Of a stretch of 32,000 nucleotides of DNA, positions 12,209 to 19,722 are shown in pieces. Below the pieces are notes generated by a model, which was not told the origin of the DNA, did no database searches, and was given only the letters and a program-made list of their open reading frames with translations. How positions within the stretch are numbered: the first letter of the stretch is position 1; the number at the start of each line of letters is the position of its first letter. The stretch spans positions 450,001-482,000 of the forward strand of contig NC_003551.1 in assembly GCF_000007185.1 (NCBI RefSeq), in the 5' to 3' direction. Position numbers and translations under genes: made by a program. Source of the stretch: Methanopyrus kandleri AV19. GTDB lineage: Archaea; JAADCQ01; Methanopyri; Methanopyrales; Methanopyraceae.

Positions 12209-12548
12209 GCTGCCAGATCCCCCGGTGCCTGAGGATTGCAAGTACGTCTACTACGTGGTCCTGTTTCAGAACCCCGAGGACAAAAACTGGGATCTTTTCG
12301 CCGTGATCCGCGGCTACCCGGGCCTCAAGGAGCCGTACGCGATAGCCGTCCACCTGGCGCGTGTGGTCGAAGACGCCCTGAAGGAGGTAGACGAAGGGCT
12401 GAATGTGGAGCTCCAAATAATCCCGATTGGGGGCGAGGAAGGCATCCCGGAGGAGAAAACCGCGAAACTGTTAGAAGCCGTCGATGGGCTCCTGGAAACC
12501 GCCGCCCAGTGTGCCAGAGGACCCGAACGAGCGGATGACGAATTCTGA
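12183..12548 (+). CDS. Hypothetical acidic protein
   Basis: 121-aa ORF overlapping the hisE end by 26 nt. Codon bias is plausible and no motif is recognised. The antisense 195-aa S/P-rich ORF (12314..12901) looks like a shadow. Confidence 0.5.
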
Positions 12549-12566
12549 GGACGGTGACCGTCTGGG

Positions 12567-13937
12567 ATGATCGGTGCGGGCGAGGCCGACATGGAGCGAG
12601 TCGTTATCGTCGGCGCGGGACCGGCAGGGCTCTTCGCGGCCCGAGAAGTGGCACTTAGAGCCGAGCGAGACGTGGAGGTTGTGGTGTACGAGCAAGGACC
12701 TAGCCTGGAAGACCGGCTGGAAAGCGGGGAAGTAATGCGCGGCGTGGGTGGAGCCGGTGGACTCTCCGACGGCGTGCTGAACCTCAGGCCAGACGTCGGG
12801 GGCGACTTGGTTTCCATCGTAGGGGACAAGAGATCGGCGAACGAGCTCGTCGAGTACGTCGACGAAGTCTTCCTGAAGCACGGAGCACCGAAGGAACTCA
12901 AGGTACCCGAAGGCCCGAAGGTGGAGGAGATCGCACTCCGTGCGGCGGCGGCCGACGTCGAGTTCGTCCGGATCCCACAGCGTCACATCGGCTCGGACAA
13001 CTTGCCGAAGGTCATAGGGTCCCTGGTCCGGGAGCTGGAGGAGTTAGGGGTGAAGATCGTCCCGGAAACCAGAGTTGAGAGGATCTTGGCCGACGAATGC
13101 GTGCGGGGAGTTAAGCTCGAAGACGGACGTGAGGTAGAAGCAGACTACGTCATCGCAGCTCCTGGACGTGTCGGAGCTAACTGGATGATGCACGAGGCGA
13201 AGCGGCTGGGACTGGGGTTAAGGTACAACCCCATAGACGTCGGTGTTCGGGTCGAGGTTCCCCGCATAGTTATGGAACCCGTCGTGGAAGTGTCGCTTGA
13301 TCCGAAGTTCCGCACCCGAGCCCCGACGTACGATGATCCGGTACGGACTTTCTGCGTATGTCACGGCGGGTACGTGGTGAAGGAGAACTACGAGGGATTC
13401 GTGGGTGTAAATGGACACTCTTACCGAAGGAAGAAGTCCGAAAACACGAACTTCGCGTTCCTCGTCAGCGTGGACTTGACCGAACCTGTAGAAAATACCA
13501 TCGAGTACGGTAGATCGATCGGCCGATTGGCCACGACCATCGGTGGGAACAGACCGATAATCCAGCGGCTCGGTGACCTCCGCCGCGGAAGGCGATCGAC
13601 TTGGGATCGCATCAACAGGTCCCACGTTACACCCACTCTGATGGACGTCACGCCTGGGGACATCTCGATGGCGCTCCCACACCGGGTCACGGTGGACATT
13701 ATCGAAGGATTGGAACGTCTCGACGAGGTGATACCCGGAGTAGCCTCCGACTCCACGCTACTATACGCGCCGGAGATCAAGTTCTACTCGGCCCGAGTGG
13801 AAACGAACGAGGACCTGGAGACTAGGGTGGAGAACCTGTTCGTAGCCGGCGACGGTGCCGGATTATCCCGAGACATCGTGAACGCTGCCGCTACCGGAGT
13901 TATCGCTGGGCGTGCAGTTGCCGAGCGTATCGGTTAA
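12567..13937 (+). CDS. FAD-dependent oxidoreductase (uncharacterised FAD-dependent dehydrogenase family)
   Basis: Rossmann dinucleotide motif VVIVGAGPAGLFAA...E and C-terminal FVAGDGAGLSRDIVNAAATG. ATG at 12591 (MERVVIVGAG) is an alternative start. Confidence 0.8.
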   Translation: MIGAGEADMERVVIVGAGPAGLFAAREVALRAERDVEVVVYEQGPSLEDRLESGEVMRGVGGAGGLSDGVLNLRPDVGGDLVSIVGDKRSANELVEYVDEVFLKHGAPKELKVPEGPKVEEIALRAAAADVEFVRIPQRHIGSDNLPKVIGSLVRELEELGVKIVPETRVERILADECVRGVKLEDGREVEADYVIAAPGRVGANWMMHEAKRLGLGLRYNPIDVGVRVEVPRIVMEPVVEVSLDPKFRTRAPTYDDPVRTFCVCHGGYVVKENYEGFVGVNGHSYRRKKSENTNFAFLVSVDLTEPVENTIEYGRSIGRLATTIGGNRPIIQRLGDLRRGRRSTWDRINRSHVTPTLMDVTPGDISMALPHRVTVDIIEGLERLDEVIPGVASDSTLLYAPEIKFYSARVETNEDLETRVENLFVAGDGAGLSRDIVNAAATGVIAGRAVAERIG

Positions 13938-13949
13938 GGGGAGACTTAG

Positions 13950-14894
13950 ATGGAACCTATATTCCAAACACTCTTAGCCCTACTTATAGCCACCCAAACC
14001 GGTGTTGAACACGATACCGGATGTTGCACGGTACTGGTGCACGTACACCACGGATGTGATGTAGTAGCGTACAGGAGGGACGCTAAATTTCCGGCCGAAA
14101 TACTGATCGTACGCACGGAATGGGCCGGGCGGAGGGCGATTAAGGAGTATAAAATTCAAGGGGGATACTTCTGCCACACCGTGATCACGGAAGACGGGTG
14201 GATAGTGACTATAGGAGGACGAGATATTCCCGAAGTGAATAGAAAACTTGAGAAACTTGGGGCCGAGATAGTATCCAAAGGTCGCATCAAGAAGGATGAA
14301 ATAGAGAAGGCCGGGGAACTTCTCAAGGAAGCTAGATGGGGACACTTCGTCGTAAAATCCCCAAACGACATCGTCGGAGTAGCATCGTACGACTATAGAA
14401 TCTCCTCGCCAGAGAGAATAGACATGTTTAAGATTAAGGACGGTGAGTACGTTAAAGTGACGAACAACCCAAGGTACTACGATCGGGGAAGATCCGAAGA
14501 GTTCGGTAAAAACCCCATCGACGCCGCCATTAAAATCGCGGGGAAAGACCCGTATGGACTTCACCGACGAGATATAATCACGTACAAGTTAACGGTGGAC
14601 GAAACGTCAAGCAGCGTCAAAGTTTGGGCTTCCTACGATGGCAGAGCGCTGCTCGGAGGAGCTAGCGGAGAGCCGGACCCGATCCGATTCATGGGCAAGA
14701 CGATAGCGGCCAACGAAATTCCGAGGGTGCCCCGAAGGAAGCCGTTAGGAGAGGTGATATTACGAGTGTGCAGAGAACACGAGGGCAAGGGAGAGCTACC
14801 CAATCCAGCCGCCGTAGCCGCGGCCTTGATCAGCGGAGCCGTGTTCGTGGCGTTTCTAGGACAGCTGTCGCTCCAGCAGCGAAATCTTTATTAA
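13950..14894 (+). CDS. Exported, C-terminally anchored hypothetical protein; possible Ntn (Cys-nucleophile) hydrolase fold
   Basis: Signal-like MEPIFQTLLALLIATQTG, then GCCTVLVHVHHGCDVVAYRRD (compare the N-terminal Cys and strand of choloylglycine-hydrolase/C59-type enzymes). C-terminal hydrophobic helix AAVAAALISGAVFVAFLG. GC content is lower than in surrounding genes. Confidence 0.6.
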   Translation: MEPIFQTLLALLIATQTGVEHDTGCCTVLVHVHHGCDVVAYRRDAKFPAEILIVRTEWAGRRAIKEYKIQGGYFCHTVITEDGWIVTIGGRDIPEVNRKLEKLGAEIVSKGRIKKDEIEKAGELLKEARWGHFVVKSPNDIVGVASYDYRISSPERIDMFKIKDGEYVKVTNNPRYYDRGRSEEFGKNPIDAAIKIAGKDPYGLHRRDIITYKLTVDETSSSVKVWASYDGRALLGGASGEPDPIRFMGKTIAANEIPRVPRRKPLGEVILRVCREHEGKGELPNPAAVAAALISGAVFVAFLGQLSLQQRNLY

Positions 14895-14897
14895 ATA
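14887..14897 (+). promoter_or_regulatory. Candidate archaeal TATA box for tRNA-Ala
   Basis: TTTATTAAATA is centred about 30 nt upstream of the tRNA 5' end (14925), the expected TATA-to-start spacing. It overlaps the stop codon of the preceding gene. Confidence 0.5.
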
Positions 14898-14924
14898 CCT
14901 GGGGACGACAGAGGCTGGGACGAA

Positions 14925-15001
14925 GGGCCCGCAGCTCAGTCTGGCAGAGCGCGGCCCTTGCGAGGCCGTGGCCCCGGGTTCAAATCCCGGCGGGTCCACC
15001 A
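14925..15001 (+). tRNA. tRNA-Ala (anticodon UGC), with genomically encoded CCA
   Basis: Hand-folded cloverleaf: acceptor GGGCCCG/CGGGTCC with the G3:U70 alanine identity pair, D arm GCTC-AGTCTGGCA-GAGC, anticodon stem CGGCC/GGCCG with loop CTTGCGA (TGC), and T arm CCGGG-TTCAAAT-CCCGG. Discriminator A at 14998 and CCA at 14999-15001. Confidence 0.95.
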
Positions 15002-15076
15002 ACGCCATATCGTTATGATCCTCAAAACATTTCGGACGAACTCTCGACATCGCACGGACTAGGGGGGGTAGCGACA

Positions 15077-16090
15077 ATGAATGGTAAGATTTTGGTAGTC
15101 ACAGGAGTAGCAGTATGCTTAGTATTAGCTACCGGAGTAGTAGCATTTAACCCCGCCAACAAAGTCAAGGAGTTCGACCCTAAGCATGCCCTAAACTTCG
15201 CTAAGAATATATGCAAACTAGGACCACGCTATGGAGGCAATGAAGCAGAGTTGAAAGCAGCCAATATAATGGAAGCAGAATTGAAGAAATATGGGCTTAA
15301 TGTACACGAAGAGAAGGTCGATTTAGGTGGCGGTAAATATACGTATAACGTGATAGGAGAAATTAAAGGAACGGACGAGTCCAATAAGTATGTGATTGTT
15401 GGATCCCACATTGACTCACCAGGATTCTGTGAAGGTGCTACAGATGATGCAGCAGCAATGGGAATTCAAGTCGAAATGGCACGAGTGCTTGCTAAGAATT
15501 TCCGTCCGAAGAAAACCGTATTAATAATTGGATTCGGTGGTGAAGAGCTATGGTTCAAGGGATCGGAAGCTTTTGTAAGGAAACATCCAAAGATCATTAA
15601 GAATTGTGAAGCAGTGATCGACCTTAACTGTGTAGGTGCTGGACAGAATGTGTTCCTAACTCAGAAGAGTGCGAAACCGAAGCCGGTAGAAGGGGATCCA
15701 AAGCTCATCAAACTCCTGGAAGAGTGCGCGAAGGAACTCGGACATCCAGTCACGGTAGGCGACACGACGTACCCGAGCGACACCTACCCGTTCTATCATA
15801 ACGAGATCAAGCGCGTCCCCGTGTGTCAGGTAATGAGTCAGCCGTTTGAAGTACCACCGTGGAGTGAGTCCAACACAGCGGACAAGTTAGACCCAAAGGA
15901 CATGGAGAAGGTGGGAGAAACCGTCACCCTCGCCGTGGTGAAATTGACGAACGCCGAACCCGCTTCGAAGCCACTATGGGAAGCGAAGCGCGCCGAGGAG
16001 TCCGCAGGTGGAGGCTGGCCTGCGCCGATGTGGTGGGCGCCCGCGCTTCTGGGAGTCGCGGCCGCACTGCTCCGGTCGCGGGGGAGATGA
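15077..16090 (+). CDS. M28-family zinc aminopeptidase, exported and C-terminally anchored
   Basis: VGSHIDSP, GATDDAAAMG, GFGGEELWFKGS, DLNCVG and PSDTYPFYH are the M28 metal-ligand series. N-terminal hydrophobic segment KILVVTGVAVCLVLATGVVAF and C-terminal [19 protein letters not shown]. The track ORF start (14768) reads through the tRNA, so ATG 15077, preceded by GGGGGGG, is used instead. Confidence 0.85.
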   Translation: MNGKILVVTGVAVCLVLATGVVAFNPANKVKEFDPKHALNFAKNICKLGPRYGGNEAELKAANIMEAELKKYGLNVHEEKVDLGGGKYTYNVIGEIKGTDESNKYVIVGSHIDSPGFCEGATDDAAAMGIQVEMARVLAKNFRPKKTVLIIGFGGEELWFKGSEAFVRKHPKIIKNCEAVIDLNCVGAGQNVFLTQKSAKPKPVEGDPKLIKLLEECAKELGHPVTVGDTTYPSDTYPFYHNEIKRVPVCQVMSQPFEVPPWSESNTADKLDPKDMEKVGETVTLAVVKLTNAEPASKPLWEAKRAEESAGGGWPAPMWWAPALLGVAAALLRSRGR

Positions 16091-16626
16091 AATTGCGCGC
16101 ACTACTGATCGTCGATATGATCCGCGACTTCGTAGAGGAGGGAGCCCCGCTGGAGGTCCCGAAGGCACGTCGACTCGTACCCCGTATCGCCCGTCTCGCG
16201 GATGAGTTCAGGGAGCGAGGTGATCTGGTCGTTCACGTGTGGGACGAGCACTATCCGGACGATCCGGAGTTCAAGGTGTGGGGCGAACACGCCGTTGCGG
16301 GGACGGAGGGTGCGGAACCGGTAGAAGAACTGAAACCGGAGGACGGCGACTTAGTGGTGCGGAAGCGGAAGTATAGCGGGTTCTACGGCACGTCTTTGGA
16401 CTACGACCTGCGCTCCCGGAACGTGAAAGAAATCTACCTCACGGGAGTGTGCACAGATATCTGTGTACTCTTCACATGCGCGGACGCGCTCATGCGAGGG
16501 TACCGAGTGTACGTAGTGAGGGACTGCGTGGCGTCGCTTGAGGAGGAATCCCACCGGTTCGCTTTGAAGCACATGGAAAAGCTCGGGGCGGAGGTAGTCG
16601 ATTCGGAGGAGATACTGGGGGACTGA
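16087..16626 (+). CDS. Isochorismatase-family cysteine hydrolase (nicotinamidase/pyrazinamidase-like)
   Basis: [11 protein letters not shown] (Asp), [10 protein letters not shown] (Lys) and [10 protein letters not shown] (Cys) form the catalytic triad pattern. The ATG at 16087 overlaps the M28 stop (ATGA). The track start at 15976 is an in-frame upstream extension inside the M28 gene. Confidence 0.8.
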
Positions 16627-16631
16627 CCGCC

Positions 16632-17993
16632 GTGAAGAGGATACTGGCGTTGGTGGACGGTGAGCACTACATCCCCGTAACTCGGGAGGCGTTAGAGACT
16701 GTGGAGGAATTGGACCTCGGAGAGCTCGTAGGAGCCGTGTTCATCGGAGGGACTGAGAAGATCAGCGAGCCCGAGGCCGTCAAGCGGGAGCTGGGTGTAC
16801 GGGTCTGGCTATCGGAGTCGGAAGACGAGATACCGGTGGACATGATCGTCAAGGTGATCGAGGAAGAGGACGTCGACGTGGTGCTGGACCTGAGCGACGA
16901 GCCCGTGGTTAGCCCCGACAACAGGTTCGAGATAGCCTCAGCGGTACTCTCCGCGGGAGCGGAGTACTGGTGCCCGGACCTCCGACTGAAGCCGGTGGAG
17001 TTCCACGACGTCCTCGAGAAACCATCGCTTCGGATCATAGGGACCGGGAAGAGGGTGGGCAAGACCGCCGTCTCCGCCTACACCTGTCGTGTGCTCAACG
17101 CACGGGGCTACAACCCGTGCGTAGTGGTGATGGGTCGTGGAGGTCCGAGGGAGCCCGAAATAGTACGTGGGGACGAGATCGAGCTGACTCCCGAGTACCT
17201 ACTGAAAGAGGCCGAGAAGGGTAAGCACGCGGCGAGCGATCACTGGGAGGACGCGCTCCTCAGCAGGATCCCGACTGTCGGATGTCGGCGGTGCGCGGGT
17301 GGACTGGCGGGACGTACCTTCACCACGAACATCGTGCGCGGTGCCAAGATAGCTAACGAGTTGCCGGCCGACTTCGTCGTGGTCGAAGGTAGTGGCGCGG
17401 CCGTACCACCGATCAAGACGGACGCGGGTATCGTGATCGTCGGAGCCAACCAGCCGTTAGAGCACATCGGCGGGTACTTAGGACCTTATAGGATCCGGAT
17501 GTGCGACCTGGCGATCATCACGATGTGCGAGGAACCGATGGCGGACGACGCGAAAATCAGGAAAGTCGAGCGCACCGTCCGGGAAGCCGGCGACGGCATC
17601 GAGGTAGTACTCTCGGTGTTCCGACCTAAACCCACCGAGGACGTGGAGGGTAAGCGGGCGATGTTCGTGACGACGGCACCCGAGGAGGTCGTCTCGAGGC
17701 TCGTCGAGCACCTGGAAGAGGAATACGGGTGTGAGATCGTCGGGACGTCGCCGCACCTCAGCAACCGTCCGAAGCTCCGCAAAGACCTGGAGAAGTACAT
17801 CGACGATGCGGACATACTGCTCACGGAGCTGAAGGCGGCCGCCGTCGACGTGGCCACTCGGGAGGCCCTGAAGGCCGGACTGGGCGTGGTGTACGTGGAC
17901 AACGTCCCCATCGCCGTCGGAGGTGATTACGACCACGTGGGTGACGCCGTGGAGAACGTAGCCGAGCTGGCGATCGATCGGTTCGAGGGTTAA
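16632..17993 (+). CDS. cpgS: Cyclic 2,3-diphosphoglycerate synthetase
   Basis: 453 aa. N-terminus [21 protein letters not shown] and P-loop [14 protein letters not shown] match my recollection of the cDPG synthetase family of Methanothermus/Methanopyrus. Not verified by search. Confidence 0.7.
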
Positions 17994-18223
17994 TCACTGT
18001 CGATCCCGAACACCACCTCGGCGAAAGCGCGCTCGACATCTACCCGCTCTACGAACCGGCTGCCCCGTGACGCCGCGATCTCTCCGGCCCGTTTGCCGAT
18101 TTCCTCCGCCAGCCGTTGGACGTGATCCCTGAGGGTTTCGGAGGCTTTCCGACTTACACGTACATCCTCTCCGACCGCCCTCAAAGCCCGGTCGAACGGG
18201 GCCACCGGCAACTTCTTCCGCAC
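17990..18223 (-). CDS. Single histone-fold protein (archaeal histone variant)
   Basis: By eye it aligns to HMfB as I recall that sequence: [14 protein letters not shown] / LPIAPIGRIIKDAG, then [44 protein letters not shown] / VSDDARITLAKILEEMGRDIASEAIKLARHAGRKTIKAEDIELA. 77 aa, GTG start. Confidence 0.75.
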
Positions 18224-18260
18224 GCCGCTTCCACCCTACGGCGCTAGGCGCTCGGGAGCG

Positions 18261-18268
18261 TAATTATA
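18261..18268 (+). promoter_or_regulatory. Candidate TATA box for nucS (short or no leader)
   Basis: TAATTATA lies 19-26 nt upstream of the nucS TTG start, in the 63-bp divergent spacer between the histone gene and nucS. Confidence 0.35.
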
Positions 18269-18286
18269 GGTCCCGGGGAGTCGGGA

Positions 18287-19069
18287 TTGACGAAGGTTCT
18301 GGTGGAGCCGGATCCGGAGGAGGTGAAGCAGCTTTCGGAAGCCTTGGGACGGCAGCCGGTGATACTAGCGGGGATATGTGAGGCCGAGTACCGCGGCCGT
18401 GCCGAGTCGGTGGCCGGCCCCGCACTTCGAATCGCCATGTGCAAGCCGGACGGCACGTTCATCCTCCACAACGCGATGGAGAAGCGGGAACCGACCAACT
18501 GGAACCCCGCACCGTCCAGGCAGTCGATCGAGGTCCGCGACGGGTGTGTCGTGCTGAGATCTCGGAGACTGGACGTTCCCGAGGAAGTAGTGGTGTATTT
18601 CCACAAGGTGCTCCTGGCCTGCTCGTTACCGAAGGAAGGCGCTAAAAGCGAGGATTCCGTGTTCTCCCTGTTCAGGTCTGAGGAAGACATGAAACGTGTG
18701 ATCCGAGAGGACCCCAGCGTCATCGAGCCGGGATTCCGTCCCGTGGGTGAAGAGGTGGAGTGCGGAGCCGGCGTGGCGGACGTGGTCGGCTACGACGAGG
18801 AAGGCAGGTTCGTCGTACTGGAGCTGAAGCGGACTCGAGCCGGTGTCAGCGCGGCATCTCAGCTGCGCAGGTACGTGGAGGCCTTCCGCGAAGAGCGAGG
18901 TGAGGAAGTGCGCGGGATACTGGTCGCTCCGTCCGTGACCGACAGGTGCCGACGTCTCCTGGAGAAGTACGGGCTGGAGTGGAAGAAGCTAGAACCCGTA
19001 CCGCTGAGGGACGATGGTGGTAAGAAGCAGTGCACGCTCACGGAGTTCCTGGCGGGGGAGGGAGACTGA
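18287..19069 (+). CDS. nucS: Endonuclease NucS (EndoMS, mismatch-specific RecB-like nuclease)
   Basis: C-terminal nuclease core GVADVVGYDEEGRFVVLELKRTRAGVSAASQLRRYVEAF (D...E-x-K) and an N-terminal half-barrel domain. 260 aa. Confidence 0.85.
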   Translation: MTKVLVEPDPEEVKQLSEALGRQPVILAGICEAEYRGRAESVAGPALRIAMCKPDGTFILHNAMEKREPTNWNPAPSRQSIEVRDGCVVLRSRRLDVPEEVVVYFHKVLLACSLPKEGAKSEDSVFSLFRSEEDMKRVIREDPSVIEPGFRPVGEEVECGAGVADVVGYDEEGRFVVLELKRTRAGVSAASQLRRYVEAFREERGEEVRGILVAPSVTDRCRRLLEKYGLEWKKLEPVPLRDDGGKKQCTLTEFLAGEGD

Positions 19070-19071
19070 CC

Positions 19072-19722
19072 GTGGTCAGGGTGAAGATTTGCGGCATAAC
19101 CAGGCCCGAGGACGCCGCGACCGCCGACGAGGCGGGAACCGACGCCGTCGGTTGCGTGGTAGAAGTTCCCGTCTCCACACCGCGAAAGGTGTCCGCGGAG
19201 CACGCGAACGAGGTATTCTCCGTAGTTTCACCGTTCGTGTCGAGGGTCGCCGTGCTGATGGACAACCTAGAGCCTATCGACCGGCTGGAAGAAGCCACCG
19301 CCGTGCAGCTTCACGGGACGGAGGATCCGGAAACCTGTGAAGAGCTCAGCGAGCTCGGGTTAGACGTCATCAAGACGTTCTGGGTGGATCAGCGAGGGTC
19401 CGTATGGTTGGGAGAGGAACTGATAGGGGACGAGGTGCTGGCGGAGTACTGTGAGATCGTGGATGCCGTGCTCCTGGACACCAAATCCGCGGAAGGGGGA
19501 GGGTCCGGCGAGCGCCACGACTGGGACGCGTCGGCGCGATTGGTCAGGCGACTGGACGTACCCGTGATCTTAGCGGGCGGTCTGAACCCGGAGAACGTTC
19601 GAGAGGCCGTTGAGAAGGTCCGTCCGTACGCCGTCGACACATCTTCGGGCGTAGAGAAGGAGCCGGGAATCAAGGATCCGGAAGCTATAGCGGAGTTCGT
19701 AAGGGCTACCAAGTCGGTTTAA
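19072..19722 (+). CDS. trpF: Phosphoribosylanthranilate isomerase
   Basis: VKICGITRPEDA...DAVG...QLHG...VLLDT...GGSGERHDW...ILAGGLNPENV...VDTSSGVE. GTG at 19072 directly follows the nucS stop. The track start at 19030 lies inside nucS. Confidence 0.85.
   Translation: MVRVKICGITRPEDAATADEAGTDAVGCVVEVPVSTPRKVSAEHANEVFSVVSPFVSRVAVLMDNLEPIDRLEEATAVQLHGTEDPETCEELSELGLDVIKTFWVDQRGSVWLGEELIGDEVLAEYCEIVDAVLLDTKSAEGGGSGERHDWDASARLVRRLDVPVILAGGLNPENVREAVEKVRPYAVDTSSGVEKEPGIKDPEAIAEFVRATKSV

Noticed and set aside
14768-15076. N-terminal 103-codon extension of the track ORF 14768..16090
   Set aside because: It is Arg/Ser-rich, overlaps the end of the 13950 gene, and reads straight through tRNA-Ala. ATG 15077, with a G-rich Shine-Dalgarno-like run, gives a normal signal/anchor N-terminus.
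14895-15076. Integrated mobile element at tRNA-Ala (integrase, att repeats)
   Set aside because: I found no integrase, transposase or phage-like ORF. By eye there is no second copy of the tRNA 3' half within the window. Only the compositional anomaly is reported as a finding.
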